A stretch of DNA of 64,000 bases from Candidatus Nomurabacteria bacterium (GCA_020631995.1 JACKGJ010000002.1:90773-154772); one strand, 5' to 3'; positions 43,608 through 52,997 are shown, numbered from the stretch's first letter. The notes: a model not told the origin generated them from the letters alone. Made by a program: numbers and translations.

Positions 43608-43700
43608 ATATCCTTAATCTGCGGTATTAGATTAAGTACGCACATTCTACAGAAAAACTGAATTGTTTCAACTTTACCAATAGTGTATATTACGCTCTCT

Positions 43701-43771
43701 GGGCCCATAGTATAGTGGTAGAACGAATCCATGGCATGGATTAGGTCCGAGTTCGATTCTCGGTGGGTCCA
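43701..43771 (+). tRNA. tRNA-Ala (anticodon GGC)
   Basis: GGGCCCATAGTATAGTGGTAGAACGAATCCATGGCATGGATTAGGTCCGAGTTCGATTCTCGGTGGGTCCA has anticodon loop ATGGCAT and the G3:U70 identity pair. The D-stem is imperfect. Confidence 0.8.
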
Positions 43772-43806
43772 CTTAAATGAAGAATCGGTCATGCTAAAAT
43801 CCGATT

Positions 43807-44469
43807 ATGGAAGTCAAAATTGAGTCGAGTTGGAAGAAAGTTCTGAAAGAAGAATTTGAGAAAGAATACTTTAAGAATTTGTCTGCAAAAGTTCGCCAGG
43901 CTTATTTAACTGACTCTATCTTCCCTCCTCCGCCTTTAGTTTTTAATGCCTTTAACCTCTGTCCGTTCGATAAGGTGAAAGTTGTGATTATTGGGCAGGA
44001 TCCATATCATGGTCGTGGACAGGCGCATGGTCTGTGTTTTTCGGTGAATGATGGTGTGGCGGTACCACCGTCTCTAAAAAATATCTATAAAGAAATAAAG
44101 AGTGACCTTGGAATTGATGTGCCTGCCTCTGGAAATCTCGAACGTTGGGCCAAGCAGGGCGTACTACTTCTTAATGCTACCTTAACTGTGAAAGAAGCGA
44201 CGGCTGGCGCTCATCAAGGTTGGGGATGGGAGGAATTTACTGACGCTACCATCAAGAAAATTTCAGATGAGAAAGAGGGAGTGGTCTTTATGCTTTGGGG
44301 GCGATATGCACAGAACAAATCTGCACTTATCGATGAGTCAAAGCATTTAATATTAAAAGCACCGCACCCTTCCCCATTGTCTGCATATAGTGGTTGGTTT
44401 GGCTCCAAGCATTTCAGCCAAGCTAATACCTACCTAGAATCACACGGAAAAGAGCCGATTGATTGGTAA
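43807..44469 (+). CDS. ung: Uracil-DNA glycosylase (family 1)
   Basis: GQDPYH, PPSL and HPSPLS motifs. Confidence 0.9.
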   Translation: MEVKIESSWKKVLKEEFEKEYFKNLSAKVRQAYLTDSIFPPPPLVFNAFNLCPFDKVKVVIIGQDPYHGRGQAHGLCFSVNDGVAVPPSLKNIYKEIKSDLGIDVPASGNLERWAKQGVLLLNATLTVKEATAGAHQGWGWEEFTDATIKKISDEKEGVVFMLWGRYAQNKSALIDESKHLILKAPHPSPLSAYSGWFGSKHFSQANTYLESHGKEPIDW

Positions 44470-44705
44470 AAACGTCGCTCGTCCTATCTATCGCCGCAGG
44501 GACGAGGTGTTAGTCGAGCGAACCCGGCGTTTTTGCTAGCTAAGATGTCGGCCACCGCCGACGCAACTTATAAAAGTCGCATCCATCTCCGCGACAGGGT
44601 CGTCGGAGCTGACTTCGACATTGCTAGTAAAATTGACATTTAAAGATTTAATTGTTAAGTTTTGAGTTGGGTTTGTTATCTACAGAAGCAGAAAAGGAGA
44701 GCGTG

Positions 44706-45134
44706 ATGTCATTCATGCGAGCTGCCAGATCAACTTTGTCCCACTATATGGAGATGGGAAAAATCAGAAATACTGATTCTACAATCCGTCTCAAAACTTG
44801 GTTGGAAGAGTGTGGTTACTGTGTCTTTGATGTTAGTCAAAAAAGACAACGCTCTAACAGCGACATTGTGGCTGTTCTTCCCAACGACCCAACTTCATCA
44901 GTTTGGATCTATCAAAGAAAGAGCGATGACAAGTTTGTTGTACGCGCGTTCGTAAATCACTGTGCGTATAACAATTTATACGAAACTCTTTGTCGTTCAT
45001 CGTCTGAGATGGATATGAGTGACATCTCTTTGGTGCAGGGAGGAACCTTGAGTCTTCGTGAGGCCGAGAACGCTTGGTTGTCATGGCTTTCCGAAGCTTC
45101 AATGCAGAAAGCTCGAGCTCTCGAGCTTGTCTGA
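44706..45134 (+). CDS. Hypothetical protein, paralog A (possible PD-(D/E)xK-like fold)
   Basis: AAGGAGAG SD before ATG 44706. RLKTWLEECGYCVFDVSQKRQRSNSDIVAVLPNDPTSSVWIYQRKSDDKFVVRAF aligns with the next ORF. Confidence 0.5.
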   Translation: MSFMRAARSTLSHYMEMGKIRNTDSTIRLKTWLEECGYCVFDVSQKRQRSNSDIVAVLPNDPTSSVWIYQRKSDDKFVVRAFVNHCAYNNLYETLCRSSSEMDMSDISLVQGGTLSLREAENAWLSWLSEASMQKARALELV

Positions 45135-45141
45135 TCAACAA

Positions 45142-45174
45142 GGCACGGGGCAATATGCCCCGTGCCGTTTTTTT
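45142..45174 (+). terminator. Rho-independent terminator of paralog A
   Basis: GGCACGGGGCA / TGCCCCGTGCC 11-bp stem then TTTTTTT. Confidence 0.7.
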
Positions 45175-45241
45175 ATCTTAGGGATTAGTTGACTATAAGC
45201 ACATACTCATAGTTATATAGAGTCTGACAAGGAGTACTAAA

Positions 45242-45637
45242 ATGATCAGGACAAATAAGTCACGAGTTGTTCGGAAGTCTCCTGTGGCGGAAAAAATGGA
45301 GAGGTTGCGCCACCTGCTTGGAGAGAAAGGATACTGGGTGTTTAGAGTCAGTCCTAAACTTCGCAAAACGTCTCTCGACATAGTTGCGGTGGAAAAGGAC
45401 TATCCTCCCGTTTCTTACTGGCTTTATCCAACAAAAACCGGAAGAGTCGTTGTTAGGGCATGGAGGATACGTAAAGGAGCCTCGCAGGAGTTTTACAGCA
45501 ATATACGCATCCCAGATAGAGAGCGTAAAGCGCTCAAACTACTGCGTAGTTCGCCAATGCCCGAAACATCTTCTTGGCACAATTGGCTTACTAAGGACTC
45601 TAAGAAGGAGGCTGAACATCTCAAGGTTAGAATGTAA
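45242..45637 (+). CDS. Hypothetical protein, paralog B
   Basis: RLRHLLGEKGYWVFRVSPKLRKTSLDIVAVEKDYPPVSYWLYPTKTGRVVVRAW aligns with paralog A, and both share a W..WL C-terminal motif. Confidence 0.5.
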   Translation: MIRTNKSRVVRKSPVAEKMERLRHLLGEKGYWVFRVSPKLRKTSLDIVAVEKDYPPVSYWLYPTKTGRVVVRAWRIRKGASQEFYSNIRIPDRERKALKLLRSSPMPETSSWHNWLTKDSKKEAEHLKVRM

Positions 45638-45643
45638 TAAAAA

Positions 45644-45678
45644 GGCACGGGGCAGTAAACTGCCCCGTGCCAATTTTT
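45644..45678 (+). terminator. Rho-independent terminator of paralog B
   Basis: The same 11-bp stem GGCACGGGGCA / TGCCCCGTGCC with a different loop (GTAAAC), then TTTTT. Confidence 0.7.
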
Positions 45679-45709
45679 ATTTCACCTTGATTTTGATTAA
45701 TTTGAATAA

Positions 45710-46888
45710 TTAATCAAACAGGTTCCAAATCTTTTGGTCCTCTTCCCCATCTACCTTAAAGATAGCGATACCTTTGAGTCCGTACTGCTTAGCTAGATCA
45801 ACTTTGTCAGCAATAGCGTCAGCGTCTGAATACCATACTAATTCTACCGGTACTTCCATCTTGGTTAGGTTGGCGAAGAGGAGTGCTTTAGCAACGGCTT
45901 CAAATCCAACTCGAGTACCGTCTGGTACTGGAAGAACGTCGAGAATTTTGAAAGGTGAATTAGGATTAAAGAAAGTGTAGCTCTTCTCACCTGCTACATT
46001 CTCTCCAGGGGTAACATCATTATCCTCTGCCCATTCCTTAGCATCCGGCAAGTTTATTGCGCCATTGCCTTTATATTCCTTATACCATTCAGGAGCAACC
46101 GTCATAGTCCATTTGCGACCATAGGTTGGTACACCGAGCATAATCTGATCAGCAGAGAAATCTTTCAGAGCGAGCTCTAATACACTTTCCACCCAGTCGA
46201 CGTCAGCTACTGGTATATACGGCTCACCTTTCTTAGCGTCATTAAGAAGTAAGTCGGCACGCTGTTGGTCGTAGGTCATCAATTCAACAACGTCACAGTG
46301 TTTGGCCATTTCCTTATAGTCATTTGCATACTCAATGTTTTTAGGAACGTCTCTCCAGCGGTTTTCTGGTGGCATTCTAGCCTCTACAGTACAAGTGAGT
46401 AGCTTGCCATTGAGTCGCTCTTTTAATTCTTTTAGGAAAAGTGAGAAGTGATTCTTAGTGTCAGATAATTTCGACTCATAGTCGATATTTATTCCATCAA
46501 AGTCTCCGGCTTCTACGTAGCGCGCAATGATTTCGATATGGAGTCGACGCCACGTTGGGTTACTTAAAACTTTTTGTATTTCAGCACCATTATTCCACAG
46601 GATTGAAGGTACTACATCAACACCCTCATCTCTAGCTTTTTCAAACAGGTCTTGCCACTTATCTTCCGATAAATCAGCTTTATCTAATGGTATCCCTACT
46701 GAAGATACTTCAAAAGCAAAGGGATAAATAATATCGAGTTTATCAAGATTCTTTGAGGCACTGGCTGTTCCCATCGTGTCTTGCCAATAAGGAATCCAAC
46801 CACCTACTTCTATGTCAGAGGCAGCGGACACGCTACTAATCGGAGCCATAATTGTGATAAGGGCTAGTATTGCAAATATTTTCTTCAT
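45710..46888 (-). CDS. Secreted glycoside hydrolase family 18-like protein
   Basis: Signal peptide MKKIFAILALITIMAPISSVSA and the GH18 catalytic motif FDGINIDYES (DxxDxDxE). Confidence 0.75.
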   Translation of the reverse strand: MKKIFAILALITIMAPISSVSAASDIEVGGWIPYWQDTMGTASASKNLDKLDIIYPFAFEVSSVGIPLDKADLSEDKWQDLFEKARDEGVDVVPSILWNNGAEIQKVLSNPTWRRLHIEIIARYVEAGDFDGINIDYESKLSDTKNHFSLFLKELKERLNGKLLTCTVEARMPPENRWRDVPKNIEYANDYKEMAKHCDVVELMTYDQQRADLLLNDAKKGEPYIPVADVDWVESVLELALKDFSADQIMLGVPTYGRKWTMTVAPEWYKEYKGNGAINLPDAKEWAEDNDVTPGENVAGEKSYTFFNPNSPFKILDVLPVPDGTRVGFEAVAKALLFANLTKMEVPVELVWYSDADAIADKVDLAKQYGLKGIAIFKVDGEEDQKIWNLFD

Positions 46889-47037
46889 ATACCTTCAAGA
46901 CGAGTCACGAGCTCTTTTCTTTCATTGACCTCCTTTGAAATAAGCTTGCTGGTTGCAAGAAATGTCTTTTTGAACCGTCCTAGTAGATGGGTGGAGGTTG
47001 AGGTGACTTGCCTTCAATAGTACAAGGATTACAGAGA

Positions 47038-47430
47038 ATGAAAAAAGCTACATACGTTGCAGTAATGACAGCTATGCTTAGTCTGGCTCTCACTACTACA
47101 ACATATGCCAACCAGAACGCTCAAGTAGAGCAAATGGTCCGGGCGTATTTCAAAGACGCGCCTGTGATGGTGAAAATTGCAAAGTGCGAATCAGGATTCA
47201 AACACTTTGATCCGAATGGACCAAATGGCTTGAATACCAACCCAGACCCACGCTCTAGTGCCAGTGGTGTGTTTCAAATCCTCCTGAAAACCCACGGTCC
47301 AAAAGCGCGACGACTCGGTTTCGATATCACCACTGTAAAGGGTCAGCTCGGATACGCTAGGCACTTGTACAAGCTCGGTGGTACCAGGGACTGGAAAGAA
47401 TCCCGGCCATGCTGGAAACGAACAACATAA
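47038..47430 (+). CDS. Secreted transglycosylase-like (lysozyme-fold) protein
   Basis: Signal peptide MKKATYVAVMTAMLSLALTTTTYA. IAKCESGF and SASGVFQI resemble the lytic transglycosylase ES / GxxQ motifs. Confidence 0.55.
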   Translation: MKKATYVAVMTAMLSLALTTTTYANQNAQVEQMVRAYFKDAPVMVKIAKCESGFKHFDPNGPNGLNTNPDPRSSASGVFQILLKTHGPKARRLGFDITTVKGQLGYARHLYKLGGTRDWKESRPCWKRTT

Positions 47431-47445
47431 TGTTCTTTGAACTCG

Positions 47446-47475
47446 ACAGGGCGTCTTTGACGCCCTGTTTTTCTT
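47446..47475 (+). terminator. Rho-independent terminator
   Basis: ACAGGGCGTC / GACGCCCTGT 10-bp stem then TTTTTC. Confidence 0.7.
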
Positions 47476-47576
47476 TTCCTGATATACTGATCATAATATG
47501 CTTCGCACCATACTCCCTTGGATTTTAGGTTTCATTCTCCTCCTGATAATTAACGCCTACATTTCTAGTTAATCCT

Positions 47577-48389
47577 ATGCCTAAATACATTGTTATCGAA
47601 AAGCGTGTCGGAGAAACGCCTCTTCAGGCGGTTACTGCTTATAAACAAGCGAATCCAGAGTTTCAAAATCTACCAATGTCATATGCCGGTAGACTAGACC
47701 CGATGGCTAGTGGAAAACTACTAGTGTTAGTCGGTGAGGAGTGCAAGAAGCAGGAAGAATATCACGCACTTGATAAAGAGTATGAATTTGAAGTTTTGCT
47801 CGGTAGTTCTTCTGACACTGGTGACGTACTCGGACTCATTGACTGGAAGGAGACAACAACATTTTCAGAACAGCAACTTAAAAAAACTGCTAATAGTTTA
47901 AATGGTCCACTTTCACTTCCCTATCCCAATTTTTCATCACGTACAGTTAAGGGTAAGCCTCTACATACTTGGACACTGGAGGATCGTCTTGATGAAATAG
48001 AGATTCCTAGTGCTGATACTTTTATATACAAACTTAATCTAGTTGATATGCGGGAAGAGTTAGTTGAGACTGTCTATCAGGACGCCTTACGCCGAATTGA
48101 ATCTATACCACCGGTGACTGAGGATAGTAAGGCTTTGGGACGTGATTTCAGGCGCAGTGAAGTCCGGGTGGCTTGGGCAGTGTGGCTTGAGCATCATAAG
48201 GGCCAGAAGGTGCAGATTGCACGTTTCCGATGCATAGCTACCAGTGGGACCTATATGCGGTCTCTAGCAGGCGAAATAGGCCGCTTATTAGGTACTACCG
48301 GACTAGCCTACTCAATACATAGAAGCAAAATTGGGGTTTATAAAACCCTGCCCTTTAAGCTTGGATATTGGCGGAAACTTTTCGCTTAA
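47577..48389 (+). CDS. truB: tRNA pseudouridine synthase, TruB-like
   Basis: AGRLDPMASGKLLVLVG catalytic Asp motif. 270 aa, no PUA domain evident. Confidence 0.7.
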   Translation: MPKYIVIEKRVGETPLQAVTAYKQANPEFQNLPMSYAGRLDPMASGKLLVLVGEECKKQEEYHALDKEYEFEVLLGSSSDTGDVLGLIDWKETTTFSEQQLKKTANSLNGPLSLPYPNFSSRTVKGKPLHTWTLEDRLDEIEIPSADTFIYKLNLVDMREELVETVYQDALRRIESIPPVTEDSKALGRDFRRSEVRVAWAVWLEHHKGQKVQIARFRCIATSGTYMRSLAGEIGRLLGTTGLAYSIHRSKIGVYKTLPFKLGYWRKLFA

Positions 48390-48434
48390 TGGCAGTTGAC
48401 TCAAAGAGGGTTTTCTGGTATCTTTCTAGCCACT

Positions 48435-48614
48435 ATGTCACAAGACAGACTAATAAAACTTGTATCGAAGGGCGACGCCAAAAATGGTGTTTCTACTGAC
48501 GTGTATTACACTCGATACAACAATAAGACTAAGAAGGACCCAAGCAAGAAGCTGGCGCTGAAGAAGTATAATAAGAAGCTTCGCAAACACGTAGTTTACA
48601 CTCAGAAGAAATAA
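48435..48614 (+). CDS. rpmG: 50S ribosomal protein L33
   Basis: From the internal ATG: MSQDRLIKLVSKGDAKNGVSTDVYYTRYNNKTKKDPSKKLALKKYNKKLRKHVVYTQKK follows the bL33 pattern (IKLVS...Y.T.KN......KL.LKKY.P.LRKHV.Y.E.K). Confidence 0.8.
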   Translation: MSQDRLIKLVSKGDAKNGVSTDVYYTRYNNKTKKDPSKKLALKKYNKKLRKHVVYTQKK

Positions 48615-48659
48615 AAAAACCGTCAATTTGGCGGTTTTTTTGTTTATTATCCTCTGGAA

Positions 48660-49667
48660 CTAAAGTTGTCCCTCGTCTGCCTTGCAGTTTCTTTCCAACA
48701 CTTCAAGTAGCACTTTTTGTGCAGTGGATACATTCTCTTCCTTTCCTTTCCAAGCTTCCTGTACTGGTTGCTCGATACCGCGTGAGAATGAGAAGGCCAG
48801 TTGCCATGGCAAACCACCGTTTTCTTTCTCTAGTTTTCCAATAGCATTAAAGTTGCTAGTTACCTGCTCAGGAGTTTGCCCACCAGAGAGAAATACTATT
48901 CCGGGCACTTCACTTGGAACGGCGCCTTCTAAGACACGAAGTGTAGCTTCCGCCACTTCTTCTGGGCTACTTTGCTTCTCATTCTTGTTACCAGCTAGTA
49001 CCATACTAGTCTTCAAAATAACTGCCTTTAAATCAACTCGGTACTGTATTAATACTGCAAAGAGGGTCCGCAGTACCAATGAAGTTACTTCTTCCGCTTT
49101 AGCTAAATTATGTGTTCCTGCATAGATAACTTCTGGTTCAACTATCGGAACTATTCCCGCTTCTTGGCAGAGGCGAGCGTAACGTGCCAGTAGCAGACAG
49201 TTAAACTTAATGCTCTCAATGGTTGGCAAATTTTCTCCAATATTAACCACCGCTCGCCACTTAGCAGCCCGTGCACCCATTTTGAAATATTCTTCTAACC
49301 TTTCCTTTAGTCCGTCTAACCCTTCAGTCACAACTTCTCCATCGAAACCCTCAAAAGGTTTGGTGCTTTTATCGACTTTGATTATTGGAATAATTCCTTT
49401 GGCAATTAAGTAGTCAACAAAAGCCGTTCCGTCATCAGTTTGGTTACGAATGGTAGCGTCATAAAGAATGATACCAGTCACATACTTCTCGATGCCTGGT
49501 GCGGTGAAGAGTAGTTGGCGATATTTACGACGAGTGTCTGCGTCCGGAGTGGCACCGACAGCGGATAGTTGTTTATCCATCGTCGTGACACTTTGGTCGG
49601 CTGCTAATATTCCCTTCCCGGGCGACATTAGAAGTGCTGCGGTCTTATAGAGTTCTTCTGATAGCAT
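48660..49667 (-). CDS. fba: Fructose-bisphosphate aldolase, class I
   Basis: GKGILAADQSVTTMDKQL and the overall class I TIM-barrel pattern. 335 aa. Confidence 0.85.
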   Translation of the reverse strand: MLSEELYKTAALLMSPGKGILAADQSVTTMDKQLSAVGATPDADTRRKYRQLLFTAPGIEKYVTGIILYDATIRNQTDDGTAFVDYLIAKGIIPIIKVDKSTKPFEGFDGEVVTEGLDGLKERLEEYFKMGARAAKWRAVVNIGENLPTIESIKFNCLLLARYARLCQEAGIVPIVEPEVIYAGTHNLAKAEEVTSLVLRTLFAVLIQYRVDLKAVILKTSMVLAGNKNEKQSSPEEVAEATLRVLEGAVPSEVPGIVFLSGGQTPEQVTSNFNAIGKLEKENGGLPWQLAFSFSRGIEQPVQEAWKGKEENVSTAQKVLLEVLERNCKADEGQL

Positions 49668-49732
49668 TTAAACATTATAGCAACACGTGGGACGGCCAAG
49701 CTGTCTCACGTGTTGATACTAGTCTCTAGAAC

Positions 49733-50497
49733 TTAGCTTCTTATCTTCCAACCAATTCTAAACAAATATGTGACGAGTAGTGCAAGTGAGGCCACTAAGC
49801 CAAAAATCACCATCGCACCAATAGCTGAATTGGCTTCACTATATCCAATCATACTGCTTCTGATGGCGTCGGCAAAATAGAAGAAAGGATTGGCGCGAGT
49901 GAGTGTAGCGGCGAGTGGTGGCAAGAAAGTGATTGAGTAGAAGATACCACCTAAGTAAGTAAGTGGGGTGATTACAAATGTGTTCAAAACTTGCAGTTGC
50001 TCAAAGCCCTCGGCCCAAAGAGCGACAATAATTCCGAGCATAGCAAATATGGCCGCTACCGCCGCTACATATATCACGAACATTACTGGATTCACTAGAC
50101 TAACTGCTCCAAAGAGCACTCCAACGCCAAGGATTAAGAAAGCTACAATAAGTGCTCTTGAGACGGCACTACCAACAAATCCTAGTAACATTTCTAGATA
50201 CGAGAATGGAGAAATTAAAATTTCCTCGATGCCACGGGTGAAGCGCATAAAGTATAGTGCAGATGAAGCTGAGGAAAAGGATGCGTTGATGATAGATAGC
50301 ATCAAGACACCTGGGAAAACAAAGGAGATGTATGGCACACCAGCAAAGTCATCAATTCTGGTACCAATGACGCTACCGAAAATAAAGATGTAGAGAGCAG
50401 CCGAAATAACCGGTGCTACTAGAGTCTGAATAACTACACGAAATGTACGTTGCACCTCACGCCGTAGCATTGTGTATAGACCAATTCGATTAAACAT
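49733..50497 (-). CDS. ABC-2 type transporter permease
   Basis: 254 aa with six TM segments, translationally coupled to the upstream ATPase. Confidence 0.75.
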   Translation of the reverse strand: MFNRIGLYTMLRREVQRTFRVVIQTLVAPVISAALYIFIFGSVIGTRIDDFAGVPYISFVFPGVLMLSIINASFSSASSALYFMRFTRGIEEILISPFSYLEMLLGFVGSAVSRALIVAFLILGVGVLFGAVSLVNPVMFVIYVAAVAAIFAMLGIIVALWAEGFEQLQVLNTFVITPLTYLGGIFYSITFLPPLAATLTRANPFFYFADAIRSSMIGYSEANSAIGAMVIFGLVASLALLVTYLFRIGWKIRS

Positions 50498-50499
50498 AA

Positions 50500-51234
50500 T
50501 TAATTTTGAGCCTTAATTATTTCCAAATAGGTTTGTTCGACTGACTTCCCCTCCTTCATAAATTCTTCTTTGGTACCCTCAGCCACTATCTTTCCGTGGT
50601 TAATAATGGCGATGTCATTACAAAGGTACTGAATTTCTTCAAGATAGTGCGAGGTGAGAATGATGGTCTTTCCTCGCTCGTTCATTTCTTTTAAGTATGC
50701 CCATAGATCGTGGCGTTGCTCCACATCTACGCCGGCGGTTGGCTCGTCGAGTATTAATAGCTCTGGGGTATGGATAAGTGCACGACCAAGCATAGCTCGG
50801 CGCTTAAGGCCACCAGAAAGTTTTTGAAATTTCACGTGACGATGCGCTTCAAGGTCAAAGCGTTTTATTAAATCGTCAATTCTCTGCCACCTAGTTTCTT
50901 TTGGAATACCATAGTAGCCACCCATATAGTCCATTAACTGTTCGGGTGTGGCAAAGATATCGACATTGAACTCTTGAGGAGAAAGCCCGACTTTGGTCCT
51001 CGCCTTCTTGTATTCGGTTACAACATCGGTTCCGTCTACCAATATCTGTCCTGAGGTAGGCTGAGCAATACCGGTGATGCAGTGGATAGTAGTAGATTTA
51101 CCAGCACCATTTGGACCCAAAAGACCAAAAAAGCTCCCTTTTGGGATGGAGAGTGAGATGTTGTCTACTGCAACTTTGTCGCCGTATTTCTTAGTGAGGT
51201 TCTTAATTTCGAGTGCTAGAGCCGTATTTGTCAT
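50500..51234 (-). CDS. ABC transporter ATP-binding protein
   Basis: GPNGAGKST (Walker A), LSGGLKRR (signature) and LILDEPT (Walker B). Confidence 0.9.
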   Translation of the reverse strand: MTNTALALEIKNLTKKYGDKVAVDNISLSIPKGSFFGLLGPNGAGKSTTIHCITGIAQPTSGQILVDGTDVVTEYKKARTKVGLSPQEFNVDIFATPEQLMDYMGGYYGIPKETRWQRIDDLIKRFDLEAHRHVKFQKLSGGLKRRAMLGRALIHTPELLILDEPTAGVDVEQRHDLWAYLKEMNERGKTIILTSHYLEEIQYLCNDIAIINHGKIVAEGTKEEFMKEGKSVEQTYLEIIKAQN

Positions 51235-51310
51235 TACGGCTATGATATCACGCCCGTCAATGCTCGTCTAAAAAACCCCACGGCGCGCTGGTGCGCCGTG
51301 GGGGTTTGGG

Positions 51311-51691
51311 TCAGAGATTTTTCTTGACCCACTTGTCGAAACCTTCGTCGAACCTTTTCTTATCGAGTTTAGGTCCGATACCGGTGAAGTAAAGCCACTT
51401 TTTCCTTCTCATTGTCTCGACCATTAACTGAGTAAGGTCAGCGTCCCTCGGTAGTTTGGCGTGAACTTCATCGATGTTTCCTTGGGCAACGAGGTAATCG
51501 CCTTCTTCAACCCTACAGGCTCTTGGCCAGTCAATCTTGACATGGCCAATTCTCCTACCATTCACTTGAAGAATCAGGTTCGTAAATCCCCCAACTCCAG
51601 GGTTGATGAAAGGCGTCCAAAATTTGGCATACGCTCTGAAGCCGTACTCTTTCGAGTCGATTTTTACACAGATTATTTGCTTTCTCACCAA
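51311..51691 (-). CDS. Hypothetical protein (one-gene module)
   Basis: 126 aa. G+C-rich hairpin CCCCACGGCGCGC/GCGCGCCGTGGGG downstream at about 51275-51308. No family recognised. Confidence 0.5.
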   Translation of the reverse strand: MVRKQIICVKIDSKEYGFRAYAKFWTPFINPGVGGFTNLILQVNGRRIGHVKIDWPRACRVEEGDYLVAQGNIDEVHAKLPRDADLTQLMVETMRRKKWLYFTGIGPKLDKKRFDEGFDKWVKKNL

Positions 51692-51698
51692 GATCTCC

Positions 51699-51726
51699 TT
51701 GACAGTTGTTATGCGACCTATATAAT
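51699..51726 (+). promoter_or_regulatory. Consensus sigma-70-type promoter for prmC
   Basis: TTGACA (51699-51704), a 16-nt spacer, then TATAAT (51721-51726). The ATG of prmC is at 51742, so the leader would be very short. Confidence 0.5.
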
Positions 51727-51741
51727 GGCACGAAAATATCT

Positions 51742-52500
51742 ATGAGTCAAGATGAGGTGTGGTTATTAAAGGAGAAGTATGGAGGCACGGAAAGCTCCGC
51801 TTTCCGTGCCGATTTGGAGCGACTAAGAGCTGGTGAGCCACTCGCTTATTTAATAGGCCATACCCCTTTTCTTGATTGTAAGATTTATCTTGATTCTCAT
51901 CCATTAATTCCTCGCACAGAGACTGAGTATTGGGTAGAGAAAGCTATTGAATCAATACTAATGGATAGTAAGTCAGACACTAAAGTACTGGATCTTTGTG
52001 CTGGTTCAGGCTGTGTGGGTGTGGTGGTGGCGAGGAACGTGCCGGATGCTCAAGTGACTTTTACTGAAATTTATTCTTCACACCTTCCTACCATCAAAAA
52101 AAATCTGGAGTCAAATCTTTCTGACTATTCTGATCGAATGGAACATTTGCAAGTATTGCAGAGTGATTTGTTTCAAAATGTTACTGGCAAGTTTGATTTT
52201 ATTCTCACCAATCCTCCATACATTGATCCCGCACTTGATCGCACAGAGAATTCTGTTAAAAGACACGAGCCTCACTTAGCACTTTACGGTGGCGAAAGTG
52301 GATTTGCTATTATTACTGACATTATTAAAGAAGCCCCCGGGTATTTAAATAACGCTGGTCAGCTTTGGATTGAGCACGAACCTGAGCAGGTAGAGGCTAT
52401 TCATTCCCTTGCTTCGGCCTATGACTTTTTAGTCGTTACCCACAAGGATCAGTACGGTGTAGAGAGGTTTTCAGTGCTAACATTAAGCCAGACAAAGTAG
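51742..52500 (+). CDS. prmC: Release factor glutamine methyltransferase
   Basis: DLCAGSGCVG SAM motif and the NPPY catalytic motif (ILTNPPYI). Confidence 0.85.
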   Translation: MSQDEVWLLKEKYGGTESSAFRADLERLRAGEPLAYLIGHTPFLDCKIYLDSHPLIPRTETEYWVEKAIESILMDSKSDTKVLDLCAGSGCVGVVVARNVPDAQVTFTEIYSSHLPTIKKNLESNLSDYSDRMEHLQVLQSDLFQNVTGKFDFILTNPPYIDPALDRTENSVKRHEPHLALYGGESGFAIITDIIKEAPGYLNNAGQLWIEHEPEQVEAIHSLASAYDFLVVTHKDQYGVERFSVLTLSQTK

Positions 52501-52547
52501 TGTCGCTAGAGTCGAATGTCTGAAGATTTCAATAAGGGAGAAAGTCA

Positions 52548-52715
52548 ATGAATATCGAAGACGATGCAGGTAATGTCATAGTGGTGAGGCCAGGCGCCTT
52601 CATCGCTTTGCCAAATCAGAATAAGGAAGATGAACACAAAAACGGCCCAAGAGTAATGCATTGCGATATACCTCCCTTGGCCGAGGTTGAAGACTTTCAT
52701 CTTGATTTGGAGTAG
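52548..52715 (+). CDS. Possible 55-aa acidic protein (one-gene module)
   Basis: Own translation: MNIEDDAGNVIVVRPGAFIALPNQNKEDEHKNGPRVMHCDIPPLAEVEDFHLDLE. GGGAGAAAG SD upstream. Followed by the hairpin GGCGCAC/GTGCGCC plus a T-run at about 52733-52760. It competes with the antisense 64-aa track ORF. Confidence 0.35.
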   Translation: MNIEDDAGNVIVVRPGAFIALPNQNKEDEHKNGPRVMHCDIPPLAEVEDFHLDLE

Positions 52716-52793
52716 ATCGGATGAGGTCAAAAGGCGCACCGCCAGTGCGCCTTTTCCTTTTATTGCTTAACAAAGTTATGTCATAATATACAG

Positions 52794-52997
52794 ATGCAAC
52801 CGATGGTCCCCCTACTGGCTGAACTATTTTTTTACCTTGCTTTGCCTATAGTAGTGGTTTATACATTCATCTTTGGTTACCACTGGTATAGCTATGGTAC
52901 TCAAAAAAGTCACTCCTCTCTCGCTATTATTATTTTTCTAGTAGGTGCGGGATTATTGCTCGGAGTAATGTTCCTCACTCTTCAATATGTTGGTTGA
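52794..52997 (+). CDS. Small two-TM membrane protein
   Basis: 67 aa and hydrophobic. It overlaps the start of the next gene. Confidence 0.4.
   Translation: MQPMVPLLAELFFYLALPIVVVYTFIFGYHWYSYGTQKSHSSLAIIIFLVGAGLLLGVMFLTLQYVG

Noticed and set aside
43277-43792. Track ORFs 43277-43534 (85 aa) and 43598-43792 (64 aa)
   Set aside because: They lie entirely within the group I intron, the tRNA-Asn exon 1 and the antisense of tRNA-Ala. There is no SD, and the locus is explained by RNA genes.
44509-44524. GTTAGTCGAGCGAACC after ung, and GGGATTAGTTGAC at about 45181-45193, as further degenerate copies of the cassette repeat
   Set aside because: Only an 8-mer plus a 5-mer match. Roughly two chance occurrences of any 8-mer are expected in this window, so the evidence is too weak without a statistical alignment.
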